From Asterias rubens (Eukaryota), in NCBI RefSeq assembly GCF_902459465.1, contig NC_047073.1, positions 8,990,001 through 9,054,000 on the forward strand: a DNA stretch of 64,000 bases. Direction: 5' to 3'. How positions within the stretch are numbered: the first letter of the stretch is position 1; each line of letters starts with the position of its first letter. The notes below the pieces were generated by a model. The model saw only the letters and a list, made by a program, of their open reading frames with translations. It was not told the origin of the DNA and did not search any database. A program made the translations under genes and the position numbers. This document shows, piece by piece, positions 26,250 through 39,782 of the stretch.

Positions 26250-26668
26250 NNNNNNNNNNNNNNNNNNNNNNNNNNNNNNNNNNNNNNNNNNNNNNNNNNN
26301 NNNNNNNNNNNNNNNNNNNNNNNNNNNNNNNNNNNNNNNNNNNNNNNNNNNNNNNNNNNNNNNNNNNNNNNNNNNNNNNNNNNNNNNNNNNNNNNNNNNN
26401 NNNNNNNNNNNNNNNNNNNNNNNNNNNNNNNNNNNNNNNNNNNNNNNNNNNNNNNNNNNNNNNNNNNNNNNNNNNNNNNNNNNNNNNNNNNNNNNNNNNN
26501 NNNNNNNNNNNNNNNNNNNNNNNNNNNNNNNNNNNNNNNNNNNNNNNNNNNNNNNNNNNNNNNNNNNNNNNNNNNNNNNNNNNNNNNNNNNNNNNNNNNN
26601 NNNNNNNNNNNNNNNNNNNNNNNNNNNNNNNNNNNNNNNNNNNNNNNNNNNNNNNNNNNNNNNNNNNN
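26250..26668. other. Assembly gap (419 N)
   Basis: Run of n characters. Confidence 1.
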
Positions 26669-26900
26669 CAAATCCACAAAAATGCTCAGGGCGCTATTAC
26701 AGAGAAAAGTCAAACAAAAATAACAAAGTACAGACTAAATACAAAAGAATGGATCTACAGACATGAGGTGTGTTTTGAGAGATGTTTTGAAAGATTATTA
26801 AGGAAACACAGTGATGAAAATGAGCGAGTAAGCGTGAACGAGCTGTTTCCCGCGGGGAGCCACGGCCTCGATCGCCCCCGTCTGTGAACATGCCCGCCCA
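26669..26900 (-). mobile_element. L2/CR1-like LINE 3' remnant
   Basis: Minus strand encodes SFKTSLKTHL followed by an AATAGCGCCCTGAGCA tail motif typical of L2-clade 3' ends; runs into the gap. Confidence 0.5.
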
Positions 26901-29900
26901 CGCAACCTTTTCAACAAGGCGTTATACAATTTATTTATTATCGTACATGCCACGCTTTGAAAAATACGTATCCATTAATGGAAACAACAACAACGAAAAA
27001 CATGCGGCATTTAACTGAAATAAAAGCACCTTCAAATGTGATAGGATATCGATTAGAACCATCGGCCAGTCTAAAGGAACTCGTGTGCTCCTTTTCCTCT
27101 CTCTGTCGGCACTTCACCGGTTACATAATGGGGAATTAACAACGTGCATTAATTAAAGTCAAGATAATCTCCGAATTAAGGTCTTATTTTAGTGACGCAG
27201 ATCGCATGCCCCGTGTGCCATAAACAAGTAAGTTATTCAATGAAATAAAATAGTGGATCTGCGATATAAACAACAGACTGCACTCTATTGTAATTTTAGA
27301 CATATATTAATTACGCATTCATAATTGATCCATCTTTGTATTTGTTTCTTGTAACGGTATATGCAGAACTAGCAATGGCCTATCAGTTCAAAGGAGTCTG
27401 ACTAGCTCATTTCGAATATCGGCGCATATTATATGCATAGTTTTAATGTGAAAAAAGACAACACGTCATGCGTTGTAACGTTGTAATACACATGATAAGG
27501 TAATTTTGTTAAGTTGATATTTTTCTCTCCAATTCCCCGCACGACAACGAAAACCATTTCGATTCATCTGAAGATGAATTCCTGATGTTGCCATAGTGAC
27601 GGTATAGTGACGTCACACTTTGCTATAGACAATTGAGGTTGAGACCCATCTCGACATCACTCTTGGGTTCTTTGTGATGAAAACAACATCTTTACTTGTT
27701 ATCTTAAGCCACTGAACCTTCCTCAACCCGCCCATAGGTTGTTTTCTCGTACGCAATCTTGGAATGCGTCCAAAACAACCAGCAAATCATTTGTGTTGTT
27801 TTGTTGGATCGCCCAAACTGCTTGACGTCATCCAGAGATGTCCCAACTGCCATCGAAACTGTTTCATGTTTTTCCCCAGTTTATTTCTTGAGAACGTTTT
27901 AAAAAGTTTAGTTTATTCTGTCGAGAACTTTGTTAAAATGAACATAAATTATTATCGCAAAATTTCACATGCAGTTTGATATCATAACCATGCAAGAGTC
28001 GTCTTTTCACAACATATTTACTATAGGACATTTTACGCCTGATACTGTGTATCATTCCATTACCGGTGCGTTCCACCCACCTCAATCACAAGGCAGACGA
28101 AATTACCACAGACAGTTAAAAAAAACATATAATGGATGCCAGGCATTTTAACTGAGTTTTGATGTCAATACTATTGCCTGCGCCATCAAATGACAATGTC
28201 AATTATTTAGTGGACGTAAATTTGGCAGCCGTCCAAACGGATACGTGAAATGCTTTTAAACCCGAACATGCATTCTTTATTGGATTCTGGAGGTACAGAT
28301 TGAATCAAACGCCACTCACTGGAGAAATTCACTATAGATTAGTGAGTAAACCCCATGGACCACTGTTTACAATAATCAAGGGTTGAGTCACTTCACCGGT
28401 GAATAAGTGATATCGAATCAAGCTGACCTTGCCACTGCATTACGACGATACCACGTAGGTATCTTCACAAGATAGCAATGGTCCGACATTGCCTTCCTCC
28501 TAACGGATTAGTTTTGTATACACGTATAGTGTTACCATAGTGCCCTATAAATTCTGATACAAGCAACAACTGCATTTTGAGGGTCAATCAATGTAGCAAC
28601 TATTCAAACATATTTACGAGAAAGTAAATACAATTTCAATCATTATTTTCTGCTGACATACAAAGTAATTATAACAATAAACCGGTACAATTTTTTTGGA
28701 ATCCTCTCTCAGTAAACCTTGCGAACTGTGCTGAGACAGTTCCAAGGGGAAAGGATTCCTTGCACACACTGCAGCATTCGATTATTATTCTAGAATTAAG
28801 AGAAATTCAAAACCGCCATTGGTCGAAGGTTCCCCCTTTCTTGAATTTCCAAAAGGAACACGTTCAGTCCCCTTTTTAATCATAGTAAGCGTAAATAAGT
28901 GTTTAGAGCTGTCCGCTTTCACCATAGTCTTGTTCGTTCCCCCACCCGCCATGATGTCCTCCTGCACGTCAGTTTCCGAAACGAGATCTGCAGATTTCGA
29001 GATAATATTTCGTTGCATGATAAACTGTTGAGACTTTGTTATAAAGATTTCCCACAAAAATTTAGGCCCTACTGAGTTTTTCTGCAATATTCCTGCCCAT
29101 AAAATGGTCTGCAACAGACCGAAACTGCAGCCCGTTCTGCCGTGACGGTAGTATTTTTGGTTGTGGTAGAAACATCGTCACAAAATATACGATATTCCTT
29201 GGGGAGACGAGAACCAATGGGCACATATCCCTTGCGGTTGGCGTTTATTCATGATTTCATGGAATAAGGTGAAAATTTGAACGCTGCGGTTTACCAAGAA
29301 TAATAGTCTGGTTTTCGTCGACAACGTTTTTATGAAAAGCGGAATTATAGGAACAAACCCTTAGGCATAAAATTTAATTACAACTTGAAATCTAGACATG
29401 TGGTCCTTAGAAAGAAAGTGGGAAAATGTTAAGGAGTATGGGGCTGAATTAGATTGTCCATATATAGGCCTATCGTATTATAGGAATAACAAAATGGGTT
29501 GATTTTTTAAGGCAAACTTTAATCAAAGTGCAGAAAAATCCTGCCTCAAAAAATAACGTATACTGGTTCAATTATAAAGTGAAACATAGAGGGTCCACTG
29601 ATCTAGATTTTGAAAAAAGACCCAAAGTACAAATATTTATTTCAAAACACTTTAACAAAATAATTGAAACATCAAAGGGTCCGTTTTCCCTTCCCCAACA
29701 CAAACAAACAGCATCTCCAACCGATCTATTTATAGACTCGATTCTGCCCAGCGCCCCAGTTTTGGCGGGAAAGCAGGCCAGGCTACTTGTGCACGCGGTG
29801 TCAGTCCATCTTCATCTCGTCTGCTCATCTCAAGTTAAAGCTGGGTACGTGGGTGGAATAATAATATTCATATTCAATCCATGGCGATAATAGTAAACAC

Positions 29901-32900
29901 AAAATTCATTCCAGTGGGAGTGTTTTGTGCCGTTATATTCCTCTTGGCCTCCCACACACATGAAGGTATATCTGTGTGAATAGCCTTGTACACTTTTCGT
30001 TCTCTCCAAAAGGCATTGAGGGTTGTCAGAAAATTTTTAAGATTCTTCCATATGTTACGTGAAAGGGGAGCCTTTATCGAAGCATATCTATTTGATGTTA
30101 GACATAGGCAGCCAACTTTGTTTTTTTCTCGTTCATTAAAAAACAAACCGAGAATAGAATAGAATAGAATTATTGTATTTTGCTATTTGAAGAGTGACCA
30201 ATCAGTCACCAGGGAAACAAGACAAAAGACGGTGTCAAAATGGTAACGGTCTCTGTAAATTACACCAGTTACTCTATAATTTTCATGATTTACTTGACTG
30301 GAAAAAATGGCATAGGGGAGTAAAATAATAAAACACCACCAGGAAAATTGTGCTAAAGCAAAACTCAATATTATCGAACGATCCTAACAAGGCCGCATTT
30401 CATAGTTCCATTATATAACCCGATTCATTTTTCGTTCTTGAAAATGACAATAACAAATTCCTATAACTCCTTGACGTGAGGCTAGACAAATCTAGACGGT
30501 TGATGAACTCATTAGCATCTTTTCTCGCCACATGGGTATTTTCATTTTAAAGGGGTGAGGGATCGTAAATCTTTAGACACAATGCGAGTTAGATAGGGGC
30601 TGCCAAGGCTGTACAAAAGTAGAAAATAATCTTAAGATGTGTACAACCAGACCCCTCCTAACGATAGAAAATCATCTATATAAATTTTGTTCTGGTCACT
30701 GCATGCATAATAATGGAGTATTTTAATTTTCACCAAAATTTCACCAAATTTCACCAATATTTGCTGAAAATTTTAAGCTTAATGTACATATATATAGGTT
30801 GGCTTTAAAAAAAAAACCTTCTATAAGGCTTGGCCCTTGTTCAATACAAATTAAGAGATTTTTTTTAAATGGTTCAGATTGTATCAATACTGAGCTCCTA
30901 AATTTAGATGAATTCAACTTAAACAGACATATAATTTTTTTAATAACCAGTCTACGATGTGCAGTGTCAAAATGAAATACCATATTGAGCGACTTGTAAA
31001 AAATGCAGACCGCGCAATATCTTGACGTCACGGTTTATTTACCCATGTGACCGAATCGCTTGACGTGGCACGACGATAAAGCACACTTTGCCTCATGAAT
31101 ATTCATTTTAATCAGGCGAGTTGATGACTGAGAATCTGAATTGCCAGCGGCGATGTTAATTAATAACTCGGGGGAACCACTTATATTTTGTATGTGTTTA
31201 TTTAAGGTCGTGCGTAGGCCTATGATTGATACTCCGAAGCTTACGAAATTTCGTGCAAATAAAAATTATGGCCAAATTACGGTCAACATTTAGATTCAAA
31301 ATATTACTACACAGTTTAGGCCTATAAAACACCAAACAAAAAAGTAACCGTAAATGAACATGTGCATCATTTGATTGAATTTTGTTTAAGAACTTGCTGA
31401 TAGCCACAGTACAGTATATTGATTGCACGAAACAAACTAAATCTAATGAAACATGCTGCCTGGTCAGTATAGAAAAGTGAACCCAGTACCCGAAGAAAAT
31501 ACCTACACTTTTGGAGTGGTTATGGAATACATTTTGGGGGATTAAGCAAACGACAAAATAACGCATAATTCACTACAAACAAGACCCACTCTCTTCCACA
31601 ATTTAGGATGATAATTCATATTTCACTTGTTCCCTCTTCTCACACTAACAAGATAACAAGTTGGCAGCCCCTTAATAATATTTGATGAGTGTGGGTGGGG
31701 TGGGGTTTTTCGGGGAGGGGTCGCTCGAGATGGGCCATCAAAAGTTTACTTTACACATACCCCAGTTCTGTACAGTAATAGGTCTCAACAGACACAAACC
31801 TTGTGATTGTAGGTCACTAAAGCGGTTGAAATATTGCGTTATGCAACGATTCAAGCTCAAGTGTGGTTCGACTTGAACCACGCTGTCAAAAGCGCACGTG
31901 GGCCCATCACCCTACCAGCAATAATTTCAAATGTCTTTTGAACTATGATGGGCCTGCGGCATGTTGTTTATTAATGGTCAACTTTTAATCACCAATGTCA
32001 TGAGCACGAGATAAAACATGTCATCTTCACGTGGTCATATGATCATAACAACTATGACAATAAATATGCATGACATTTTTTGTTTAGAACCTGTGCCAAA
32101 TTCGGACCTGGGCCGCGTTCGGATCTGGGCCTCACTTTTAAACTTTGAACAACGTAGAAAAGATGATCATGTGAGCAAGCCGAAACTCGACCCGGCCATG
32201 GCAAAACAACCCCACACTCGAAAATTATGTTTCTTATAAGATGGCGTTTTCCCACTATAAAAATGCATAGGCCTTTTATAAATACTGGCCTCTTTTTACA
32301 CAATATTGTATTTTAGCCAGCCCTGAAACAATAAACTAATAAGATAAGAATATTCGATTCCTGAAAGTTCTGGGTCGGCATAATGACCCGTTTGTGGGTC
32401 AAAATTATCCCGAATCTAAGTCAAATATAACTTACTGACTCAGGCGAGTCAGATGACCCCCAAATCGGGCCATACTGATTCCGAATCGACTATTCCTGTT
32501 TTGTATTGTCTAGTTTTTGATCAATATTTATGGCTTTGCACATTGTTTTTAACTTTTGTAAATCTCATCTTTTTAAACTGGTTGTTTAACTTTTTAACTC
32601 TTTGCCAGCTTTCTGTATCTAGATTCCTTAAATTATTTTACTGTGTAAATACTTTGCTTTGTATAAATTTCTGGTCCAGACTTTTATTGTTGTTCTTTTC
32701 CATTCTTTTTGCTATTGTTTTTGCGCTTAAATTTCTCTTTATTATTATTATTATTGGACCCTTCTTTAACACCTTTTCAGTCACCATTAAATCATGTGTT
32801 CTGCATGTTTGCTTTTACTTGAATCATATTTGAAAAGCCCAAATCGGCATAAGTTCGTTGTGTGTCATCAACAGCTGATGGGGACTCAGACTATTATTAC

Positions 32901-34399
32901 CAGACGCTAGATGGGCTGATTGGAAATCCTGTGACATGAGTAGGCCATTCTGGCGTGATTATATGGTTCGATATCGAGTCGATGGATGTAGTCATCACGC
33001 CAGACTCTGCTTTTACTGCCCTTTATTTATACTGCGGTCCACGAGACTCCAATAAAGCTATGATAAAAAAGCTCTAAAAACAACAATGGTTTGAGAGTAA
33101 AACAAACGAACATTCTATCAAAAGCATAAAACTTTTTACTTCTTCTGAGCACGAATGTATACTGAGAATGATGGATAGTTGACGGAAACTATAACTGGCC
33201 CAAGAGGGCATAGTATTCCCACGGTTACAGTCTCATGGCAGTAAGGAAAACGACCTACTTCTAGAAGGTTTGAGAGTAGCGTATACGTGAAATTTAATAA
33301 TAGTTTCAACCTTCTGTAATGTTTTTCTGAGAGTATAATGCATTTATTGGGATTTCAACGAATGCAATGAAATCATCAAAATTGCGCCTATACTTGTTTT
33401 TGTTATACCCTTTCGGTTCATAAGAACCTGTGGATAGTCATGCCAGGCTTTTATGAATGTTACTGCATTTATGGTATCTCCATTTTCCATTCAGATTTGT
33501 CACCACACTATCCATTAATAGTTTTATTACAATGGCCAAAGAGATTCGTCTCTTTAAAAACGCTTTATAATGAGAGATAGGATGATCATGGCATTTGCGA
33601 AACCACAATTTTGGCTTTGACTGGGTGTGAGTATTTATTGCTCCATAGTTATAGGCTCTGCCTGTTTGAAGCCTGATGCCAAAACCTTGGTTTCGTTAAG
33701 GCCAAAATAGGTTCAGCCATGTTGCCATGTTTTGTCTTGTGCAGTCTGTTAACAATCATTGTTAATAATAAGCTTAAAAATAAAGGGGCTACAGACTATC
33801 TCCCTTTCAAGTCTCGTTTTGGTTACATTAATGGAGAACAAAATGGCTGTGTCATACTCAAGCTGTGTGTGAGAAATTCCAATACTCTACAACTTGGAGG
33901 GGGCGTTCCTTCCCCCTATCCCCGTATATTTCCATGGCGTGGTTCCCCACAGTTTACCCATCCAGTTCCCCTTACCCGCCGTCCCACTCTGTAACAGTTA
34001 CCACACTGTAGGTTGACCAAACTTGATGACACTATAACTCATGTTTTTGTAAGAAGTCTTACACTTTTTGTTCCAACTCACATGATGACTCAGAATTTCC
34101 ATTCACAGACGGATCCCCCTGCTTGAACCCCAACTTCCTTACAAAATACATGGACGAAACCGAGGTAGCATGGGAGATAGACTGACCTCCTTTACGAACC
34201 AGTCCTAGTAGTTGGGAGGCTCTGGGTACAAAACCAAAGTAACACTGACAATCCATGAAGTATATCAACGACTGTACTCGATTATCTCAAAGTTGGTCAA
34301 ATTAGTTGACGCTTAAAAGTTGTAAGCAAAGTTTTTAAGCAAAACAATATACTATTATGAAGCTTCAAAATTGCAGGGTTTTGAGTATCTTCACATGGT

Positions 34400-34742
34400 G
34401 TAACCTCACTTGGGGTGTAAACCAACTTATGCATAAAAAAGCAAGCCTGTGGAAATTTGGGCTCAATATTGGTCATCGAATTTGCAAGAAAATTATGAAG
34501 AAAAATGTATCCTTTACACATAAAATGTGTGATTTCAGTAGCTTGTGAGGACTGTAAATCTTTTAAGATTCAAATTTTGTTTGTGCAAAAAATTATTTCT
34601 TCCTCTAAAACTATAAACATTAGTTCAAATAGGTCGTTTCTAAAAATGTGTTATAACATCAACAGCTCGACAGTGCTCTTTGACCAAGTAAGCTTTTACA
34701 GCTTTTTTGACTAATTACCAAAGGACCGGTACCTCCCTTTAA
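34400..34742. mobile_element. Degenerate family A MITE
   Basis: TATGCATAAAAAAGCAAGCCTGTGGAAATTTGGGCTCAAT internal motif; right end TAATTACCAAAGG..CCCTTTAA. Confidence 0.6.
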
Positions 34743-36917
34743 AGTTATTAAATAATAATTACAACAACGTGCAGTAACGTTGAAATACCGGTAAAAATAA
34801 ATAGGGCTTACTTTAAAGAAATTACAATATTTTATGATTTAATCCCTGTGATGTATTGAACGAACTAGGTCACTTTGACGTCATTGGGTCATCAGTCTGA
34901 CCTCCTTCATCAGCATGAAGAAGACATCCAGGGGCGGGGGGGGGGGGTCAAACTGTGATGCTCCATGGTTGTACATTTTATTTGAAAACCAGAAGGTCTG
35001 TTTGAGGAAATGTTAAGGTCATCAACAAAAGGCAGTTTTGGGAGTCTCTAAACATTATCCGGTTTAGGGGGGGGGGGTCGTCAGTCGTCAGTCGTCAGGG
35101 GCAGAAGGTTAGCAACAGTGCAACTATCAGTGAGTGCAGTACCTTTTACCGATTGGAAAATCGGGAAAACCATTTGAGTCACACAAGGGGCAGTACTGAG
35201 TCTCTGTACAACATGGCCAAGTTTGTGCGAGGAAGGGGTGGGGGTGGGGGTGGGGCGGGGTAGAATTTAAATAGTGTCGCAAAAATAACCACCAACAGTC
35301 AAAGAATTCATGTGTATAATTATTGCCATTTTCAAAATTTAGGTCCCGCAAATAGATTCCTCCCGCATTATGATTATCGACGGCTCAATGTTAGCTATAT
35401 AGAATTTGGTGGTGGTGGCGAAGGAAACGTAAGTCTAAGAAGGGGTGTTAAGTTTTTAAATTCAGAATAGTTGAAGACGATCCGTATGTAGGCCTATTTG
35501 TAAATAAACATGTATTTCCCCGATGTGCCTTGCTGATCACAACCTGCGACCTGGGGGGCAAGGACAAAAATACGCAAGCTGTGGATATTTTTGCGGGATC
35601 ATGTTTACCAGCATTTTTGCAGAGTTTACATTTTTGATACACAGTGTTTATTATGACTGCAGAAAAAAAACCTGGGTTTTCAAACTTGTCTGCCATCGTG
35701 GTTTATACATTACGATAGTGATGGAGTTCAGGTGCCAGTTTAAACAGCAAAACTTAGGCGCACTGTTCAAGAAAATTACAGTCCTCGACAAAAAGGGATC
35801 CACGTTATTAATACAAGTAAACAGATCGCAATTATATTTACGGTTAATTTCCGCATAATGCACGTTCTTTTACGTTATCCGTGATTAGTTTTACGTAGGA
35901 TAACCGTAAATGCTACGGTTATCCGTAAATTTTGCGGTTAGTTTTGATTTAGCGCCAAAACTATAGCCGTCAGATGAATCACCGAAATTAGAATCAGATT
36001 GTTTACAGTGGCGTCTCATACTTTTGAATAATGTCACATTTGCAGGTGATTTTAAACAATTGTATTTGCGATAAGGGTTACAACCTCATGATCATTTCCT
36101 TTTTTTTTTTAAACAGAGCAGTAAAAATGCTGTTAAAAGAAGTTTTCGCAAGATGTTTGTCTTCTGTTTAAAATAGGTCTGTTTGTTGACCTTATGTTCG
36201 CACATCTTCAAGCTGTGGTCAAGGGAACGCAGCAGAAAAACAACAACGAGCCGCATAATTGAGTTGAGTGACAGATGAGCAGACAACATATTATACGGAC
36301 AAAAACAAAAGCGCGGGATAAAACAACATGTCAATCGAGCCATGGCAAATTGCGTGGGTGTGACAAATAATCCTCAAATATTTTACGATGTCCAATGCCT
36401 TTGTAAAATGGAATGGTCTTAATATACTACAAAATAATGTGTGTCCAAAAAAGAAGGGGCGTAACGAACCAGATGATGAGTGTGTGGTAGGCCCTTTATT
36501 GTAGGAGGAGCAGTTTGAGGGGTGGGGTGTGGGTGGTGGTGGGGGGGGGGGGGGGGGGGGGGGTCAGTGGAGGAAAATGTACAGTATGCAGTGTCCATGA
36601 ATGCATCAGTTTTCTGTTTCTTTTAACTTACACCAAGTAAGTCAGACTTACTTGAGTTTAGAATCAATACCATAATAATTTTTTGACGGTTTTCATAATT
36701 GAGATATGAAACACAAACACACTCAACACAGATTGTAAAAGTAGTATGTATTGCATTTAATTTCGGTATTATCAAAATCACCGAACAACAAGTCCGAAGA
36801 AAAACAAACCTCACAATAAAGGATTCCAATAAATTAGAATGTTTGAGAGATGTCACATTAGGCCAAAAAAACCTCCAAATAGTAAAAACTTTATTTTGGC
36901 TTCTCCATATGGAAAAT

Positions 36918-37304
36918 TTAAAGGAAACGTTGCCTTGGATCGGACGAGTTGGTCTAGCGTTTGTGACCGTTTTTTTTTATAAAATACATATGCTTGGAAA
37001 GATGTCTTAAAAGTAGAATACAATGATCCACACAAGTTTGCCTCGAAATTGCGTGGTTTTCCTTTTACTCTGCGAAATAATATGGTCGGCCATTTATGGG
37101 AGTCACAACTTTGACTCCCATAAATGGCCGACCGTGTTAGTCGACGAGGTAAAAGGAAAACCGCGCAATTTCGAGGCATGTTTGTGTGGATCATTATATT
37201 CTACTTTTACAACATCTTTCTACCCATATGCATTTTTATAAAAAACGGTTACAAACGCTTTTCAAAGACCAACTCGACCGATCCAAGGCAACGTGTTCAT
37301 TTAA
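36918..37304. mobile_element. Palindromic foldback MITE (family B), complete
   Basis: ~190-bp arms inverted about GGGAGTCA..TGACTCCC; TTAA at both ends. Confidence 0.9.
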
Positions 37305-38499
37305 TGCCAAGTCTACAACTAAATATATATCGTGGGTGGATTTCATAAAATGCAGGTGAGAGAAACAGCTCTATTAGCGCGAAGCCCTTCGACTGATCAT
37401 CACCGATCGCCTCATGGTGGGAGAAAAAATGTTCGCTTGCCTTGGGGGAGGATTCGCTCTGTGCACGCTAAGGTCTGTCGCTCTCTGACTATTTCTAGCT
37501 TTGATCACGGACTGTTGGTGCTTGGTTTAATTACAACGTGCCAATCGCAACCTTTTCTGTACTTTTATGAAATGATACGTGGAATGCAACATGACATGGA
37601 GGCATGCACAAAGTCTCTCACAGTAGAATGTTGTGGGAGGTTGGACTATGCAGCTCAAAATGTTATTCTCTAATTATGCACAGTCTGATAGTTTCAACAA
37701 CAATTTTTAAAAGTCTACACTAAACGCTCCAGGATAAGACTCGAATCGGATTTCGGGTTCCAGGGTGCCTGACCCAATTCAAGGCCAGGCTGACTCTGGA
37801 AAGAGGTTAATTACAAAACAAAGAATTTGAACCAACATTCTGCGTTATTTCGACTCATTTCTGGGTCATTTCTGAATTTCGGACCCCAAATGGTCGAAGG
37901 AAAACTATTAAAACATTTGTTGGTTTGTGAGATTTGAGGCTGGTGGTGATCGGCTTGGTCGTTTCGCGCATGATTTGTTGGAAAATGGTCCGTACGTTGG
38001 CTTTATGGTTATCCGAGCATCAGAAATGTTGATTTTCCAAACGTTTCGACTGCAGCGTGCTCTAGAATCTTCATCGGGTCCATTTCATGGTCCACGATGA
38101 GTCTGCTTGAAGCTTGCATTAGCTACTCTTGAAGATAAGTATAGGTCAATGCTCTCCAACACTCATTTTGCCTATTCTACAACATTCAAACTCTTAAAGA
38201 GAATAGTTATGTAATGATCATCCAGTAGGTCATTGACCCCGATGATCCGGATCTCATGGGAGCAGCAGATACACGCCCCAAGGTCAAAGCTCAAGGATTA
38301 TAATGCACGTGGATGATGATACCGTCCGTTTTGAACCGGCCTCCGATGTGTAATAAGTTGGTGGATCTTTCCCTGATGTAACACAATAAATAACTTTTTG
38401 TTATTAAAATAATTAAGAACTCACCAATGTTTGGTGAGTACTTTGTGGTCGTGTCGTTGCGGTAAACAACAAAAAACAGCACACCAACACTAGGCCCAT

Positions 38500-38632
38500 G
38501 GGCCCAATTTCATGAAGCTGTTAAACAGAAAATACTGTTAGCAAAATAATTTCTAAGCTATGCAGAAAATGGTAACAAATTCAGCACAATTTTTCTGTAC
38601 TTAGCAAGCTTTTGTGCTTACAGGCTTTATAA
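38500..38632. mobile_element. Family C MITE, partial
   Basis: GGGCCCAATTTCATGAAGCTG start, degenerate right part. Confidence 0.6.
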
Positions 38633-39151
38633 CAAAAGTTGATTGTTTAGTTTATTGCTCCATGATGTAACGAAGGACTTGTCCAAGTGACAGTTTTAGA
38701 CTTTAATATTGACGTTTGTCGAGGTGATAGGCTCTCTTGCAGCCACTCCATGTTGAAAATAAACTCTCGCGAGACTGCTACTCCAGCGAGACAGTCTACT
38801 TTCGCGACTATAATGCGAGGGAAGTGTATAAATCGTGTGAGAGCCGTTACCCCGACAACAAACTCTAGTCTGACACTATCACTGTCTTTGAATTGAAATT
38901 GCTCCCTGGGATATAAGACATGATGAAGACTCTCGAGGAATCCGAAAGATGACAAGATTGAGGCTCGGGTGTCTGCCCGGGTTGAATGAGAAGTCACGGC
39001 ACCGTGGTTGACATTCTTGGCATGGCCGCCGGTATCTGTGTCGATAGGTCGAAATGGGGTGGATCTTCAGAACCAAATGAGGCAACTCCTTTCTAACTTG
39101 GAAACAAATTGAGCCCCACTGTAGAACTTTCAAACTTTCCAAATCAGTTCT

Positions 39152-39412
39152 TTAAAGGGACTGAACACAATTGGTCATCTCAAAATAACTGTTAGCATAA
39201 AAACTTACTTCTTGGTAACGAGCAATGGGAAACTGTTTTGTATAGGCGTCCGAAAGCACACAAATCAATGGTGCAACAATCTAGGGTCTTCTTTCATAAT
39301 TTTCTTGCAACTTCGATGCCAATATTGAGTTCTTATTTTTTTTTTACAGAGTTGTTATGTTATGCCTTATTTTGTTTGGGACACACCAATTGCTAGTGTC
39401 TAGTGTCTTTAA
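39152..39412. mobile_element. Internally deleted family A MITE
   Basis: TTAAAGGGACTGAACAC...GTGTCTAGTGTCTTTAA; CTCAAAATAACTGTTAGCATAAAAAC motif. Confidence 0.7.
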
Positions 39413-39782
39413 ACAAGCAGCGATAACCAGTCATTTCACGCCCATTTGTGTATCCGACCTCATTAAGTTGGCAAGGACACCGAGTTGGGCGAGAGGGGGA
39501 GCTACGCCACTGTTTTGAAAGTGATGCAACGAGTTAGGCGTTTATTTACATTCATAAGGGCCGAGGTCTTCAGGTCGAGTTGTCTCCCCAGGGGCTCCCG
39601 TACCGGCTTGACCCCGGGTGAGGCACGCGTTATGACAAACCTTACCGGCAAGGTCAAGTCAAGAGTACACTCGCCCATCTGTGCCTGATACTTCGTCATC
39701 ACTTTGCATCATGACCCAAACCAGTTTGGCCTATATTATTACCTTTTTAGAGCTACTAACAACAATGTCTGCACAAAACGTA

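Noticed and set aside
26176-26766. Four long ORFs of 163-192 aa
   Set aside because: Artefacts of translating through the 419-N gap.
32453-32833. 126-aa hydrophobic ORF resembling a membrane protein
   Set aside because: T-rich low-complexity DNA gives Phe/Leu-rich translations by default; no splice or domain support.
34120-34200. KYMDET peptide resembling an RT YxDD motif
   Set aside because: The second Asp is missing and flanking RT motifs are absent.
36853-37348. Similar short ORFs recurring at 13258, 37124 and 56643 ([10 protein letters not shown].../KGKPRNFEA...)
   Set aside because: They recur because they are translations of the palindromic family B MITE, not paralogous genes.
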